A DNA stretch of 64,000 bases from a virus: the IMG/VR virus record IMGVR_UViG_3300028394_000001, positions 106,521-170,520 of that record; one strand, written 5' to 3'. Numbering within the stretch: position 1 is the stretch's first letter; the number at the start of each line of letters is the position of its first letter. Positions 1 to 9,198 of this stretch are shown piece after piece. The position numbers were made by a program, and so were the translations under genes. The notes under the pieces were generated by a model that did no database searches, had not been told where the DNA came from, and worked only from the letters and a program-made list of their open reading frames with translations.

Positions 1-75
1 TACAAGGCCCATGCGGACCGTATTGACAATGCTATGCTTCTATTTGGTCGTTACTATAGAGGTCTTTGGGACTGA
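1..75 (+). CDS. C-terminal fragment of a hypothetical phage protein (5' truncated)
   Basis: Frame 1 reads YKAHADRIDNAMLLFGRYYRGLWD*. Its TGA overlaps the next ATG (TGATG). Confidence 0.55.
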   Translation, partial: YKAHADRIDNAMLLFGRYYRGLWD

Positions 76-218
76 TGGACTACGATACAATTGGTCGTGA
101 GTTGGTTGAAATGTTTGGTGATAAACTGCCTGATCCCATACATGAACCAATTCGTTTTGCGTACTATATAAAATTATATAACTATGAAAAGGCGGTGAAA
201 GATGAGCCACGAGGATGA
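75..218 (+). CDS. small hypothetical protein (47 aa, not in ORF track)
   Basis: MDYDTIGRELVEMFGDKLPDPIHEPIRFAYYIKLYNYEKAVKDEPRG*. Coupled to the upstream stop and fills the gap in a co-directional gene array. Confidence 0.6.
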   Translation: MDYDTIGRELVEMFGDKLPDPIHEPIRFAYYIKLYNYEKAVKDEPRG

Positions 219-492
219 CAAATTCAAACATAGCAAACGCCTACTCAAAGATGAGAATGCTGTAAACAAGCAGACTAAAATTGCCAAAGCATTTGGTGTA
301 CAGGTTAAAGAACCACATAAATTTGCCAAGAAACATGCAATGAATTGTGGCAATCCAAATTGTGTAATGTGTGGTAATCCGCGCAAAGTGTTTAAAGAAC
401 CAACACAACAAGAAAAGCGCCTGTTTCAGGACGTTGATGCACAAACAAACAAACATAGTAATGGTTTGAATATAAATGAAGAAAACATATGA
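202..492 (+). CDS. hypothetical protein with Cys cluster (possible Zn-binding)
   Basis: HAMNCGNPNCVMCGNPR motif. Its stop overlaps the next start (ATGA). Confidence 0.75.
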   Translation: MSHEDDKFKHSKRLLKDENAVNKQTKIAKAFGVQVKEPHKFAKKHAMNCGNPNCVMCGNPRKVFKEPTQQEKRLFQDVDAQTNKHSNGLNINEENI

Positions 493-995
493 GTAATTTA
501 GTTAAGCACGCTGAGAAAGAGTTGGACCTTCTAGGTTTGACTGATAGTGATGAATACAATGCTTCGATGCGTAAACATGTTCTACACATGGTTAAAGAAT
601 TTGCAGCTGAAGGACATTCTGGTTTCTCTGCGATTTATGCAATTAGTGTTCTGACAAAATTACTAAAGTATGAACCACTAACACCATTGATTGGTGAAGA
701 TTCTGAATGGACTGATGTAACACCTTACGGAGATGGAGGTCCACATTGGCAAAATAACCGACATGGTTCTGTATTTAAAGATGCTGATGGTTTTTGTTAT
801 GATATTGATGGTAAGGTATTCTGGGACTGGGCCAAAGATGGTGACGGTAAACCATATAAATGCCATTACACATGTTTTGAATCTCGTACTCCTGTGACAT
901 TTCCTTATAATATACCTGATGAACCAATCTATGAATATCGACATACCGTTGATGATGGTAGTATTCCTCTGCAAAACGAAGATGGTTTTATCTGA
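489..995 (+). CDS. hypothetical phage protein
   Basis: 168-aa ORF coupled on both sides, with a GHSGFSA...PLTPL motif. Confidence 0.75.
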   Translation: MSNLVKHAEKELDLLGLTDSDEYNASMRKHVLHMVKEFAAEGHSGFSAIYAISVLTKLLKYEPLTPLIGEDSEWTDVTPYGDGGPHWQNNRHGSVFKDADGFCYDIDGKVFWDWAKDGDGKPYKCHYTCFESRTPVTFPYNIPDEPIYEYRHTVDDGSIPLQNEDGFI

Positions 996-1252
996 TGAAA
1001 TCGATATTTAATTATTTTGAGGCAAAGAATAGGTTGCGTGAAGCTAAAAAAACTATCCTAATGATGGGTGGTGAAGATGAATGTCAACCTATGCTTCTAG
1101 GCCAAAGAGACTTCTTGGAATTAGAAGTTGATTATTACCGTGATGAAATGGTATCCTTAGGATATGTGACCTTGACAATCGTTTGTCTTTGTGTTATACT
1201 GTATTTTGTAAATAACTTTTTAGGACTATATGAAAATCCCTTCCACTTTTAA
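995..1252 (+). CDS. hypothetical protein with C-terminal TM segment
   Basis: TGATG coupling; hydrophobic stretch LGYVTLTIVCLCVILYFV. Confidence 0.65.
   Translation: MKSIFNYFEAKNRLREAKKTILMMGGEDECQPMLLGQRDFLELEVDYYRDEMVSLGYVTLTIVCLCVILYFVNNFLGLYENPFHF
1172..1200 (+). promoter_or_regulatory. sigma70-type (early) promoter
   Basis: TTGACA (1172-1177), 17-bp spacer, TATACT (1195-1200). Confidence 0.75.
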
Positions 1253-1409
1253 ACTATCTAAAAGAAACAAGACTATGCTTGCGCTGTTGCCATTCTCAAA
1301 TAGAGAACAACGTGAGGCTATGAAACGAAACATGATTCAAGCTCAATACATTGCATCAACATCTGAACGATATATGATGGGTGTGAATGCTAAGGGCAAA
1401 GACGAATAA
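1230..1409 (+). CDS. small basic hypothetical protein (59 aa, not in ORF track)
   Basis: MKIPSTFKLSKRNKTMLALLPFSNREQREAMKRNMIQAQ... AGGA SD directly upstream; lies downstream of the sigma70 promoter. Confidence 0.65.
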   Translation: MKIPSTFKLSKRNKTMLALLPFSNREQREAMKRNMIQAQYIASTSERYMMGVNAKGKDE

Positions 1410-1441
1410 ATACAACCTAATCACTAACTTGAAAGAATATT

Positions 1442-1741
1442 ATGAGCACATTTATCGAAGTATTTTCTGTTGAAAAAAACACCAAAGTAATTATCAATCT
1501 AGATTCAATTCTAGAAATTGCACCGCTGCGTGATGGTGGATGTAATTTGTTTTTCCCTGATGCTGCGGCCGTCGGTGGTAAAAACTCTATGAAGGTTACA
1601 GATTCTTATTCAATGTTCCAGCAATTTGCATTGCAAACAGTATCAACTGAAGATATTGCAGCACGAATTCAAAGGATGCAACCGCAAGAAGAACGTCGTG
1701 GTCCAGGTCGACCACCAAAAGTAACTTCTAGTGTTGAATAA
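1442..1741 (+). CDS. hypothetical protein
   Basis: 99-aa ORF with a C-terminal RRGPGRPPK (AT-hook-like) motif; ATAAATA upstream. Confidence 0.7.
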   Translation: MSTFIEVFSVEKNTKVIINLDSILEIAPLRDGGCNLFFPDAAAVGGKNSMKVTDSYSMFQQFALQTVSTEDIAARIQRMQPQEERRGPGRPPKVTSSVE

Positions 1742-2013
1742 TGGAAAAAAACCGAGAAGTATTGTTAATTGCACAAGAAGAATGTGCAGAGGTAATACAA
1801 GCGATTAGTAAATGTTTTAGGTTTGGCCTCGATAATATTAAACCAGGTAAACCTAAAACTAATCGTGAACACCTAGAAGAAGAAATTGGCGATGTAATGG
1901 CAATGATTTATATGTGTTATGATTTAAAAATTATTGATCCTGTTAAAGTGCGTGAAGCACAAGAAAACAAAATTGAAAAACTTAAACAATGGTCTACCTT
2001 ATTTGATGAGTAA
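1741..2013 (+). CDS. MazG-like NTP pyrophosphohydrolase
   Basis: EECAEVIQAISK...LEEEIGDV matches the all-alpha NTP-PPase EExxE...EExxD motif. Confidence 0.8.
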   Translation: MEKNREVLLIAQEECAEVIQAISKCFRFGLDNIKPGKPKTNREHLEEEIGDVMAMIYMCYDLKIIDPVKVREAQENKIEKLKQWSTLFDE

Positions 2014-2281
2014 CATTTTAAAATGGATTGGTAATGATTACAAAAGTAATAGAATACGTTTTTGTTTTGAGGTCCTTGCTTGGGCTATATCTATTGGTTG
2101 TTCTATCACTATGGCCCTCACCGTGCCTAATCCCCCCCTTCTTATCATGTACCCAATCTGGATTACAGGTTGTTTTATATACGCTGGGTGCGCTTATAGT
2201 CGGCGTTCCTTTGGTATGCTCGCTAATTATTGCTTATTGGTCACCATCGACTTTATCGGATTACTAAGGATGATACTGTGA
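2006..2281 (+). CDS. small membrane protein
   Basis: Likely start is ATG 2006 (MSNILKW...); about three hydrophobic helices. Confidence 0.7.
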   Translation: MSNILKWIGNDYKSNRIRFCFEVLAWAISIGCSITMALTVPNPPLLIMYPIWITGCFIYAGCAYSRRSFGMLANYCLLVTIDFIGLLRMIL

Positions 2282-2511
2282 AATTAACTACAGGTTCATT
2301 TACTATTCCACCAGTTCAAACACCACCACCATCTCAGGTTTTTGTGATGCCTGATCCAGTCAGTTATGAGTTTCGAGTGGTTGAGTTTATGAAAGATGGA
2401 AAAATAGATAAGGTTGCTTTACAGTTTTGTATGCATACACATGACCAATACGGAAACATTAAACTACACGGAACTTGGGAAGGAGTTCCAAGAATTCAAT
2501 TACCGCTATGA
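2278..2511 (+). CDS. hypothetical protein
   Basis: GTG start overlaps the upstream stop, with AAGGA SD; its stop overlaps the next ATG. Confidence 0.6.
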   Translation: MKLTTGSFTIPPVQTPPPSQVFVMPDPVSYEFRVVEFMKDGKIDKVALQFCMHTHDQYGNIKLHGTWEGVPRIQLPL

Positions 2512-3077
2512 ATATCTTTTACCTCGACCATGATCCAAAAGTGTGTGCAGAAATGCACAATGACAAACATTGTATTAAAATGATTCTTGAATATGCACAA
2601 CTACTCTCAACTGCTCATCGTGTTCTTGACGGGACTATTATCGACCGCCTCAGTTCTTCTGGTCGTAAACAAAAAGCATATGTACTTGCCGATAACCGTG
2701 ACGCCACTCTTTACTCTGCTACTCATATCAATCACCCATCGGCAGTTTGGGTAAGACAATCCCGTGACAATTATGCATGGTTGTGGGATCTTTTAAAAGC
2801 TTTGTGTAAAGAATACACATATCGTTATGGTAAAGTGCATAAAGTTGAGCGTGATGGTCTACTTTGGGAATTATGGCATGTTCCTACAAAAATTCACCAA
2901 CAAGAACATCCTACTTTTACTGAACCAACACCAGCTATGCCTGATGAAGTAAAAATTGCCGGTGATTCTATTGCATCATATCGGAATTATTATATAAATA
3001 ATAAGACGCACCTAGCCTCATGGCGTGGTAAGATTAACTCTCGTAATGTTCCAGGATGGTATAATGCCCAGCTATGA
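2508..3077 (+). CDS. pyrimidine-dimer DNA glycosylase (DenV / endonuclease V-like family)
   Basis: N-terminus MNIFYLDHDPKVCAEMHNDKHCIKMILEYAQLLSTAH, plus THINHPSAVW, YTYRYGKVH and AMPDE...YRNYY. Confidence 0.75.
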   Translation: MNIFYLDHDPKVCAEMHNDKHCIKMILEYAQLLSTAHRVLDGTIIDRLSSSGRKQKAYVLADNRDATLYSATHINHPSAVWVRQSRDNYAWLWDLLKALCKEYTYRYGKVHKVERDGLLWELWHVPTKIHQQEHPTFTEPTPAMPDEVKIAGDSIASYRNYYINNKTHLASWRGKINSRNVPGWYNAQL

Positions 3078-3342
3078 TTTCTTAAACAAAGATACAAACG
3101 AAGTAGAAGAACACCGTATGAGAATTGCGGAACTAGATTCGTTTGTTGAAAACAATCCACATCTTGAACGCTATCACACAGCACATAATCTTCCAATTAT
3201 GTCCGACGGCTCTCGTATGTCTGTTCCTGGTATTGGTCAGGCACATATGGCCTTTGAGCGTGGTGTCATCCAGCGCATGAAAGAATCCATTCCAGGAAAC
3301 ACAATGTCAGGTCATAAAACAAAGTTGCCTAGAGAATGGTAA
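3064..3342 (+). CDS. conserved T4-like hypothetical protein (FmdB-like N-terminus)
   Basis: MPSYDFLNKDTNEVEE...NPHL start; located immediately before phoH. Confidence 0.65.
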   Translation: MPSYDFLNKDTNEVEEHRMRIAELDSFVENNPHLERYHTAHNLPIMSDGSRMSVPGIGQAHMAFERGVIQRMKESIPGNTMSGHKTKLPREW

Positions 3343-3491
3343 TCAATCGTCCTTATCGCATTCCCGCACTTCTTGGTACTGGCTTTTACAAACAGCCACA
3401 AAAACAACAAGCACAACCCAAGAAAGTCCCACAAACCAAAGTAGCTGCTTTACTAAAGAAGGATTCTGCAACAACAAAAACCTCCAAATAA
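3336..3491 (+). CDS. possible small Lys/Gln-rich protein (51 aa)
   Basis: MVINRPYRIPALLGTGFYKQPQKQ... fills the gap before phoH. No recognisable motif. Confidence 0.3.
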   Translation: MVINRPYRIPALLGTGFYKQPQKQQAQPKKVPQTKVAALLKKDSATTKTSK

Positions 3492-3517
3492 TCCCGCAAC
3501 AACAACAAGGATGTTTC

Positions 3518-4282
3518 ATGGCAAGCAATAGAAAAACAGCAATACAAAAACGTGATGATTCAATTGAAGGTGATGAGGTAACACACAGACACCAACCCGT
3601 TTCAAACTCACTAAAAATAAAATTAGACCATTTAAAAACATTTGAAGCACTAACACAAAATCAACAAAAGTTCTTTGACGCATACAAAACAGGTGATTAC
3701 TTTATTGGCCTATTAGGATCACCAGGTGTAGGTAAAACATTCTTAGCATTGTATCGTGCAATCGAAGAAGTATTAAACAAGGATAATCCTTTTACACATA
3801 TTGTAGTTGTTCGTTCCGCTGTACAGGTAAGAGACCAAGGTTTTGTTCCTGGTACATTGGATGAAAAGATGGAGATTTATGAAGTGCCTTACAAAGAAAT
3901 TTGTGAGACACTTTTTGGTCGTTCTGATGCATGGGAAAGATTAAAGGAACAAGGTTACGCTAGATTCATTTCAACTACCGCTATTCGTGGTATCTCTATT
4001 GACAACTCTATCATTATTGTAGATGAATGCCAGTCAATGACATTTCATGAATTGAGTTCGGTTATCTCCCGTGTTGGCCATCGTTCAAAGATTATATTTG
4101 TTGGTGACCTGAAACAGAATGACCTAATTAAGAGTAAACATGATATATCGGGCCTTGCTGAGTTTTTGAATGTTGCAAGACATATGGATGAGTTTACTGA
4201 AATTTTATTTACACCAAACGACATTGTTCGCAGCAGTTTGGTCAAATCATGGATTGTTGCCTGCGATAAATTAGGAATATAA
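3518..4282 (+). CDS. phoH: PhoH-like ATPase
   Basis: Walker A GSPGVGKT, GFVPGTLDEK, RGISIDN, Walker B IIVDECQ, GDLKQND, IVRS. Confidence 0.93.
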   Translation: MASNRKTAIQKRDDSIEGDEVTHRHQPVSNSLKIKLDHLKTFEALTQNQQKFFDAYKTGDYFIGLLGSPGVGKTFLALYRAIEEVLNKDNPFTHIVVVRSAVQVRDQGFVPGTLDEKMEIYEVPYKEICETLFGRSDAWERLKEQGYARFISTTAIRGISIDNSIIIVDECQSMTFHELSSVISRVGHRSKIIFVGDLKQNDLIKSKHDISGLAEFLNVARHMDEFTEILFTPNDIVRSSLVKSWIVACDKLGI

Positions 4283-4878
4283 TGATTGATGATGTGTTAT
4301 GTATTGAAGGTATCTTTGATGATCCGCAAGAAATTATAAATTTGGCGAAGAAACAAAGATACTATTCTTGTGAAGATAATCCTACAGTAAAAAATACAAA
4401 TATCAAGTATAGTGGTGAGAGAACCGACCATTTAGCCAACATATTGAGTGATGGTGAATACTATGAATTAACTAAGAAAATCATAAGTAAAATATTCAAA
4501 AATGTACCATCGTCAAATATAAAGGCTCAAATTATTTGTTTGTTTCACTATCTAACTGAAATGGACATACCGAACAGTTCTTGGATACACAAAGATACAT
4601 CATTGTATTCTGGTGTGATATATTTAAGTGAAGGTTTCAATGATAAATATAATAACCATGGTACCAAAATAATCATAGGCCGTGACGTTTTAAATTACCG
4701 CAATGAATTCAATAAGTTAATCCTATATCGTGGAGACTACTCACATTCGGCTAATTTTGGTTTTGGTCAAACTATAGATAATTCAAGACTAACATTAAAT
4801 TTCTTCATAAATGAAATAATGATTGATATGAAAAATGAAAATAAGGTAAAAGAGAAATACTATGATTACAAAACATGA
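4282..4878 (+). CDS. 2OG-Fe(II) oxygenase-like protein (DUF6445-like)
   Basis: WIHKD (HxD), YSGVIYL, GT, FNKLILYRG..HS, RLTLNFF: the usual DSBH dioxygenase pattern. Confidence 0.7.
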   Translation: MIDDVLCIEGIFDDPQEIINLAKKQRYYSCEDNPTVKNTNIKYSGERTDHLANILSDGEYYELTKKIISKIFKNVPSSNIKAQIICLFHYLTEMDIPNSSWIHKDTSLYSGVIYLSEGFNDKYNNHGTKIIIGRDVLNYRNEFNKLILYRGDYSHSANFGFGQTIDNSRLTLNFFINEIMIDMKNENKVKEKYYDYKT

Positions 4879-5446
4879 ATGGTGGTCAACACCTGTTTGG
4901 GAGATTGAAACAGGATTTGATGAATATTTTAATTTGTGTTTTAGAAATGAATTACTTGATTTGATTTGTGCAAGTGAACATAACAAATATGTCGATATTT
5001 GGACAGTAGATTCCGACTATTGCAGACAATTGAAGAATAAAATATATGAAATGATGGATTTAATTTTACCTGAATATTTTTCAAACTACCACGAATCAAA
5101 ACCCTTTATATCAAATGGATGGGTGAATCAGCAAAAACCAGGACAATCATTTCCACTACACAGTCATGGTGAAAGTGTGGTGGCTTGCGTGTATTATATA
5201 GAAACTTATGAGAATAGTGGTGACCTTCTGATAGTAGATCCAAGGGGTTCTGTTGTTTGGGATTTGAATGTTGAGAATGGTGTAAACTCAGTAAAATATA
5301 AAAGAATTACACCAAAGGCAGGTAAAATGGTCTTATTTCCATCGTATCTATTACATTCAGTTGAAGAAAATAAGTCAGAAAAAACAAGATTTGGCATTGC
5401 TACAAATATACATATTCCCACGAAACACTATATAAATGACAGATAA
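4862..5446 (+). CDS. putative 2OG-Fe(II) oxygenase (TIGR02466-like)
   Basis: W.N...G..FPLHSH, ACVYY, GDLLIVDPRG, G.MVLFPSYLLHSV, R..IA.N. Confidence 0.8.
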   Translation: MITKHEWWSTPVWEIETGFDEYFNLCFRNELLDLICASEHNKYVDIWTVDSDYCRQLKNKIYEMMDLILPEYFSNYHESKPFISNGWVNQQKPGQSFPLHSHGESVVACVYYIETYENSGDLLIVDPRGSVVWDLNVENGVNSVKYKRITPKAGKMVLFPSYLLHSVEENKSEKTRFGIATNIHIPTKHYINDR

Positions 5447-5449
5447 ATA
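5443..5449 (+). promoter_or_regulatory. T4-type late promoter-like motif (ATAAATA)
   Basis: ATAAATA lies 25 nt before the Cys-rich gene; the same motif precedes several structural genes in this window. Confidence 0.5.
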
Positions 5450-5473
5450 GACCATATCTTCGGAGAACAAAAA

Positions 5474-5875
5474 ATGACATTACCAAACACATCTCAAGGA
5501 ATATCTTTTCAAAATATAAGAGATGAAACGGGCCAACCTGCGGGTTTTTCCGCATCTATGCAATGGGTCAAGGACAACAGCAAACTCACAAAAGGCGGCG
5601 CCACTGGTGTTATTAATGACATGGGATCCCTACGCGATAAGGCATATTATAGAGATAATACTTCAGGCAATTGTAGTAATGGTAATTGTACATCTAATTG
5701 TAATTGCGGTAATAAAAATTGCAGTAATTGTATTATTACTGGCACCGTAAATTGTGCAAATTGCGATGCTTCGGCTTTTATCCAACCGAATTGTAATTGC
5801 AATTGTACATATAATTGTACCACTTCGTCAACATCTTTTAACTGTGATTGTTGGATCTGTGCTTGTACTTGGTAA
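5474..5875 (+). CDS. Asn-Cys-repeat Cys-rich protein; putative radical-SAM substrate / precursor
   Basis: GGAG SD. The last 69 aa contain 16 Cys, 13 of them as Asn-Cys, and the protein ends CWICACTW. It lies immediately upstream of the rSAM/SPASM gene. Confidence 0.75.
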   Translation: MTLPNTSQGISFQNIRDETGQPAGFSASMQWVKDNSKLTKGGATGVINDMGSLRDKAYYRDNTSGNCSNGNCTSNCNCGNKNCSNCIITGTVNCANCDASAFIQPNCNCNCTYNCTTSSTSFNCDCWICACTW

Positions 5876-5896
5876 TTTAATAAACTAGGAAAAAAT

Positions 5897-7381
5897 ATGA
5901 TTTTTGAAATTAATGCGGAGCGTAGTGCTTCAGACGTAAAGACTTTTTATTATGATAATGAAAAAAATATACTTTCAGATTCTACTGGATTTGTTTATGA
6001 GTATCCGGAACCACAGATTCCACAACCCGTAACAGGTACAGGCTTGGAGTTATTCCATAAATGTGAAGAGGTTAAACCCTTTGATAAAAATACTCCACTA
6101 AAAAAATCAAAAGATGTTACTGTCATTAAAATCCAATTAGGTTTATCATGCAACTACTCTTGTGATTACTGCTCACAAAGGTTTGTTGAAAGGCCACCAG
6201 AAACTAGTAAAAAGGATATTGAATCTTTCATCTCTAAGTTGGATAATCTAAACATTACAGAAAAAGCTGGACTAAGAGTTGAATTTTGGGGTGGTGAACC
6301 ACTTGTCTATTGGAAAACATTAAAACCTCTCGCTGAAACAATTGCTGAGAAATTTTCTCATTGGAAAAAGAAACCATCTTTTGGCATGGTGACTAATGGA
6401 TCACTATTGACAAGAGAAATATGTTCTTGGTTATATTATATGGGTTTTGGTGTTGGTATTAGTCATGATGGTCCAGGTCAACATGCTCGTGGTCCTGATC
6501 CATTTGAAGATCCAGAAAAAAAGAAAATCATCTTAGAGTTTTATAAAGTAATGCATTCCCAAAATCGTATTAGTTTTAATTCTATGATGAATAGAAAGAA
6601 TACTAGCCGCAAACAAATCCATGATTGGTTTGTTAATTTAACAGGTGATCCTACTGTTCCAATTGGTGAGGGTGGTTTTATTGATGCATATGATGAAGCC
6701 GCTATCAATAGTTCATTAGAAACAAAACAAGAACATTTTGAATACCGAAGAAATGCATTTAATGATATTTATAGTACAGATAATACAGATGAACAAATTA
6801 ATTTTGGTATTATTAATGACAAAACAGACATGTTTGTTCGTGGTGTTTTGAATCACACTGAATCTAAATTTGTTGGTCAAAAATGCGGAATGGACAACGA
6901 AGGAACAATTTCTGTAGACCTCAAAGGTAACATCACAACTTGCCAAAATGTTTCTATAATGGAAACCAGTAAAAACGGTGAGTCACACTTAGGTGGTAAC
7001 TTAGATGATTACGAAAATGTTGAACTGAAATCTGTTACTCATTGGATGAACCGAGCAGGTTGTAAGGATTGTCCTGTGTTGCATTTATGTAAAGGTTCTT
7101 GTATGTACCTTGACGGTAAATTTTGGGATATAACTTGCAATAATGCTTATAGTGATAATGTTGTTTTCTTTGCTTTAGCTCTGGAAAGAATTACAAATGG
7201 TTACATACCAACTAAAATTAAAGGTGATGGATTAGCTTTAGAAAGACAAGACATTTGGGGAACACTATATGAACACAAAGAAGTTGAAAAGAAAAAAATG
7301 ATACCAATTAAAATTATAGCAGAAAAAATTGGTATGTTAAATGATGTTGAAATTTACGGACAATCAAGAGTAGAGGCATAA
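5897..7381 (+). CDS. radical SAM / SPASM-domain enzyme (peptide or protein maturase type)
   Basis: CNYSCDYC (CxxxCxxC), FWGGEP, VTNGSLL, ISHDG. The C-terminal SPASM-type Cys pattern reads KCG...VDLKGNITTC...CKDCPVLHLCKGSC...C. Confidence 0.92.
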   Translation: MIFEINAERSASDVKTFYYDNEKNILSDSTGFVYEYPEPQIPQPVTGTGLELFHKCEEVKPFDKNTPLKKSKDVTVIKIQLGLSCNYSCDYCSQRFVERPPETSKKDIESFISKLDNLNITEKAGLRVEFWGGEPLVYWKTLKPLAETIAEKFSHWKKKPSFGMVTNGSLLTREICSWLYYMGFGVGISHDGPGQHARGPDPFEDPEKKKIILEFYKVMHSQNRISFNSMMNRKNTSRKQIHDWFVNLTGDPTVPIGEGGFIDAYDEAAINSSLETKQEHFEYRRNAFNDIYSTDNTDEQINFGIINDKTDMFVRGVLNHTESKFVGQKCGMDNEGTISVDLKGNITTCQNVSIMETSKNGESHLGGNLDDYENVELKSVTHWMNRAGCKDCPVLHLCKGSCMYLDGKFWDITCNNAYSDNVVFFALALERITNGYIPTKIKGDGLALERQDIWGTLYEHKEVEKKKMIPIKIIAEKIGMLNDVEIYGQSRVEA

Positions 7382-7382
7382 A

Positions 7383-8018
7383 ATGAAAGTTACAATCACA
7401 CAAGAATTGCAGAATTGCATTAACCTTTTAAATTCTATTCCTGCTGTAAAATCAGTTGCAGTATCTGAAGCTTCAGACATTATTAAATCACAAATTAAAA
7501 ATGTAGACTCTTTCGTATTCAGTTTAACTAACGAGATGGGTAATACAATTAAATATATTATTCCTAAAAATGCGATTATTCGTGCAACAACTCATCCAGT
7601 GGAAGATTTTATGGATATTGTTAATGTTATAACACAAAGACTACAATTCTTAGATGAAAATACGAATCCAGATTGGATTGAACCTTGTTATTATAATAAT
7701 ATCGAAACAACTAGAGTTGAAGTGGTCAGAGAAGATATAGCACCAATTGCCGCAAATACTGAATTGCAATTATTAGTGAATAGTTTGGAGGATCTACCTG
7801 GACTATTTAATGTTAATGTTTATTCATTAACATCAGGCAATGCCGATAGTGTATTTTTTACTTGTGATATTATTGAACATCCTCGAGGTGGAAAAATTAA
7901 TTTTGTGGTGCCTTTTAGTACATGCACAAATCTCGAAATGCATTCACAACTGATTGATAATGCAAATGAGTTATTCGAACAAGCAAAAACAGGAAATACA
8001 ACAACTAGTCAATCTTAA
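7383..8018 (+). CDS. hypothetical protein with internal two-fold domain repeat
   Basis: The halves align: ELQNCINLLNSIPAVKSV...DSFVF...IKYIIP versus ELQLLVNSLEDLPGLFNV...DSVFF...INFVVP. Confidence 0.75.
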   Translation: MKVTITQELQNCINLLNSIPAVKSVAVSEASDIIKSQIKNVDSFVFSLTNEMGNTIKYIIPKNAIIRATTHPVEDFMDIVNVITQRLQFLDENTNPDWIEPCYYNNIETTRVEVVREDIAPIAANTELQLLVNSLEDLPGLFNVNVYSLTSGNADSVFFTCDIIEHPRGGKINFVVPFSTCTNLEMHSQLIDNANELFEQAKTGNTTTSQS

Positions 8019-8024
8019 AATATT

Positions 8025-8681
8025 ATGAGAATCGAGAATATTTTTGGTTATAACATAACAAGAATACAATGTACAAATGAATCTCTCTATAGAGATAATG
8101 AAATAACCAAAACGGTTAACAATGTATTTAATTTTCCAAAAGTTCAAAGTAGAGATAGAACACTCAAGGGAGATTCTCATAAAGGTGCAGGTCTAACCAC
8201 GGTTAGTGAATCATACCTTTCTTTAGTAAATCTACCGGGTTTTGGTAATTTAACTGAATGGATTACACAGCAATTTTTATTGGCAAAAGAACCTTTGGGG
8301 CTTGACAATAAAGGAAATATCGTGTATTATAAGAGAAGTTGGGCAAATAGGTTATTTCGTGGCGGCCATGGATTATGCCATAATCACAATAAAGTGGATA
8401 ACTATATTGCGAGTCTTACGGATTATACAAATGAAAATTTTAGACCAGATGCTGTTGGTATTTTTTATCTTGATGTGCCGGAAGCTTCATCAAATTTAGT
8501 CATAGTTAAAGATGGCAAACCTGAGACTTGGATTGATGATTATGTAGAAGAAGATACTCATTGGATACAACCAATAGAAGGAGAGTTATTAATACACTCT
8601 CCTGATGTATATCATGCTGTGAGTGTTCATCACAATAATTTACCTCGTAATGTTTTTGTTTTTGATATTGAATATGTTTAA
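8025..8681 (+). CDS. putative 2OG-Fe(II) oxygenase
   Basis: SWAN...G.CHNH, GIFYL, EGELLIH...YHAV, RNVFVFD. Confidence 0.72.
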   Translation: MRIENIFGYNITRIQCTNESLYRDNEITKTVNNVFNFPKVQSRDRTLKGDSHKGAGLTTVSESYLSLVNLPGFGNLTEWITQQFLLAKEPLGLDNKGNIVYYKRSWANRLFRGGHGLCHNHNKVDNYIASLTDYTNENFRPDAVGIFYLDVPEASSNLVIVKDGKPETWIDDYVEEDTHWIQPIEGELLIHSPDVYHAVSVHHNNLPRNVFVFDIEYV

Positions 8682-9198
8682 AAAGAATCTTTTTGCAACA
8701 CCAATTTGGCAAAGAATATTGCCAATTGAATTGAACAATGGATTATTAGAAGAATCTACTCAATTTGATGGTAATATATTTGATATGAACCTAACATATA
8801 CAAATAAACTAAAAAACATTATTAGAGAATTATACATCAACATCAACTATGAATACATACTTGAAGAACGCACAATTCATGGTAGACTGAATATAATAAA
8901 TTATGGAGAAAATGATACACCACACAGTCACATAGGTAAATCACTTTTAGTTGGTGTCTATTATTTGGATGTTGAGATTGATACGGGTGACCTTTTGTTA
9001 CACGATCCCAGAGGTGGTGTTGTTTGGGATAATTTAGATTTTGAACCGAATGACCCTATAAAAGGAAAAACTTCCAGAACTTATCATAGAATTAAACCTG
9101 TAAACGGATTATTAATTATGTTTCCTGGATATTTGGTACATTCAGTAGAAAACAATATGAATAAAAAACCAAGAAAGTCGATAGTTATTAACATATGA
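8674..9198 (+). CDS. putative 2OG-Fe(II) oxygenase (TIGR02466-like)
   Basis: Likely start ATG 8674 (MFKKNLFATPIW). Motifs PHSH, VGVYY, GDLLLHDPRG, FPGYLVHSV, RKSIVIN. Paralogue of 4862..5446. Confidence 0.8.
   Translation: MFKKNLFATPIWQRILPIELNNGLLEESTQFDGNIFDMNLTYTNKLKNIIRELYININYEYILEERTIHGRLNIINYGENDTPHSHIGKSLLVGVYYLDVEIDTGDLLLHDPRGGVVWDNLDFEPNDPIKGKTSRTYHRIKPVNGLLIMFPGYLVHSVENNMNKKPRKSIVINI

Noticed and set aside
5474-5875. Simple metallothionein
   Set aside because: Not excluded. However, the strict Asn-Cys patterning, the lack of His and scarcity of Lys in the core, the 64-aa Cys-free N-domain and the adjacent SPASM enzyme fit an enzyme substrate better.
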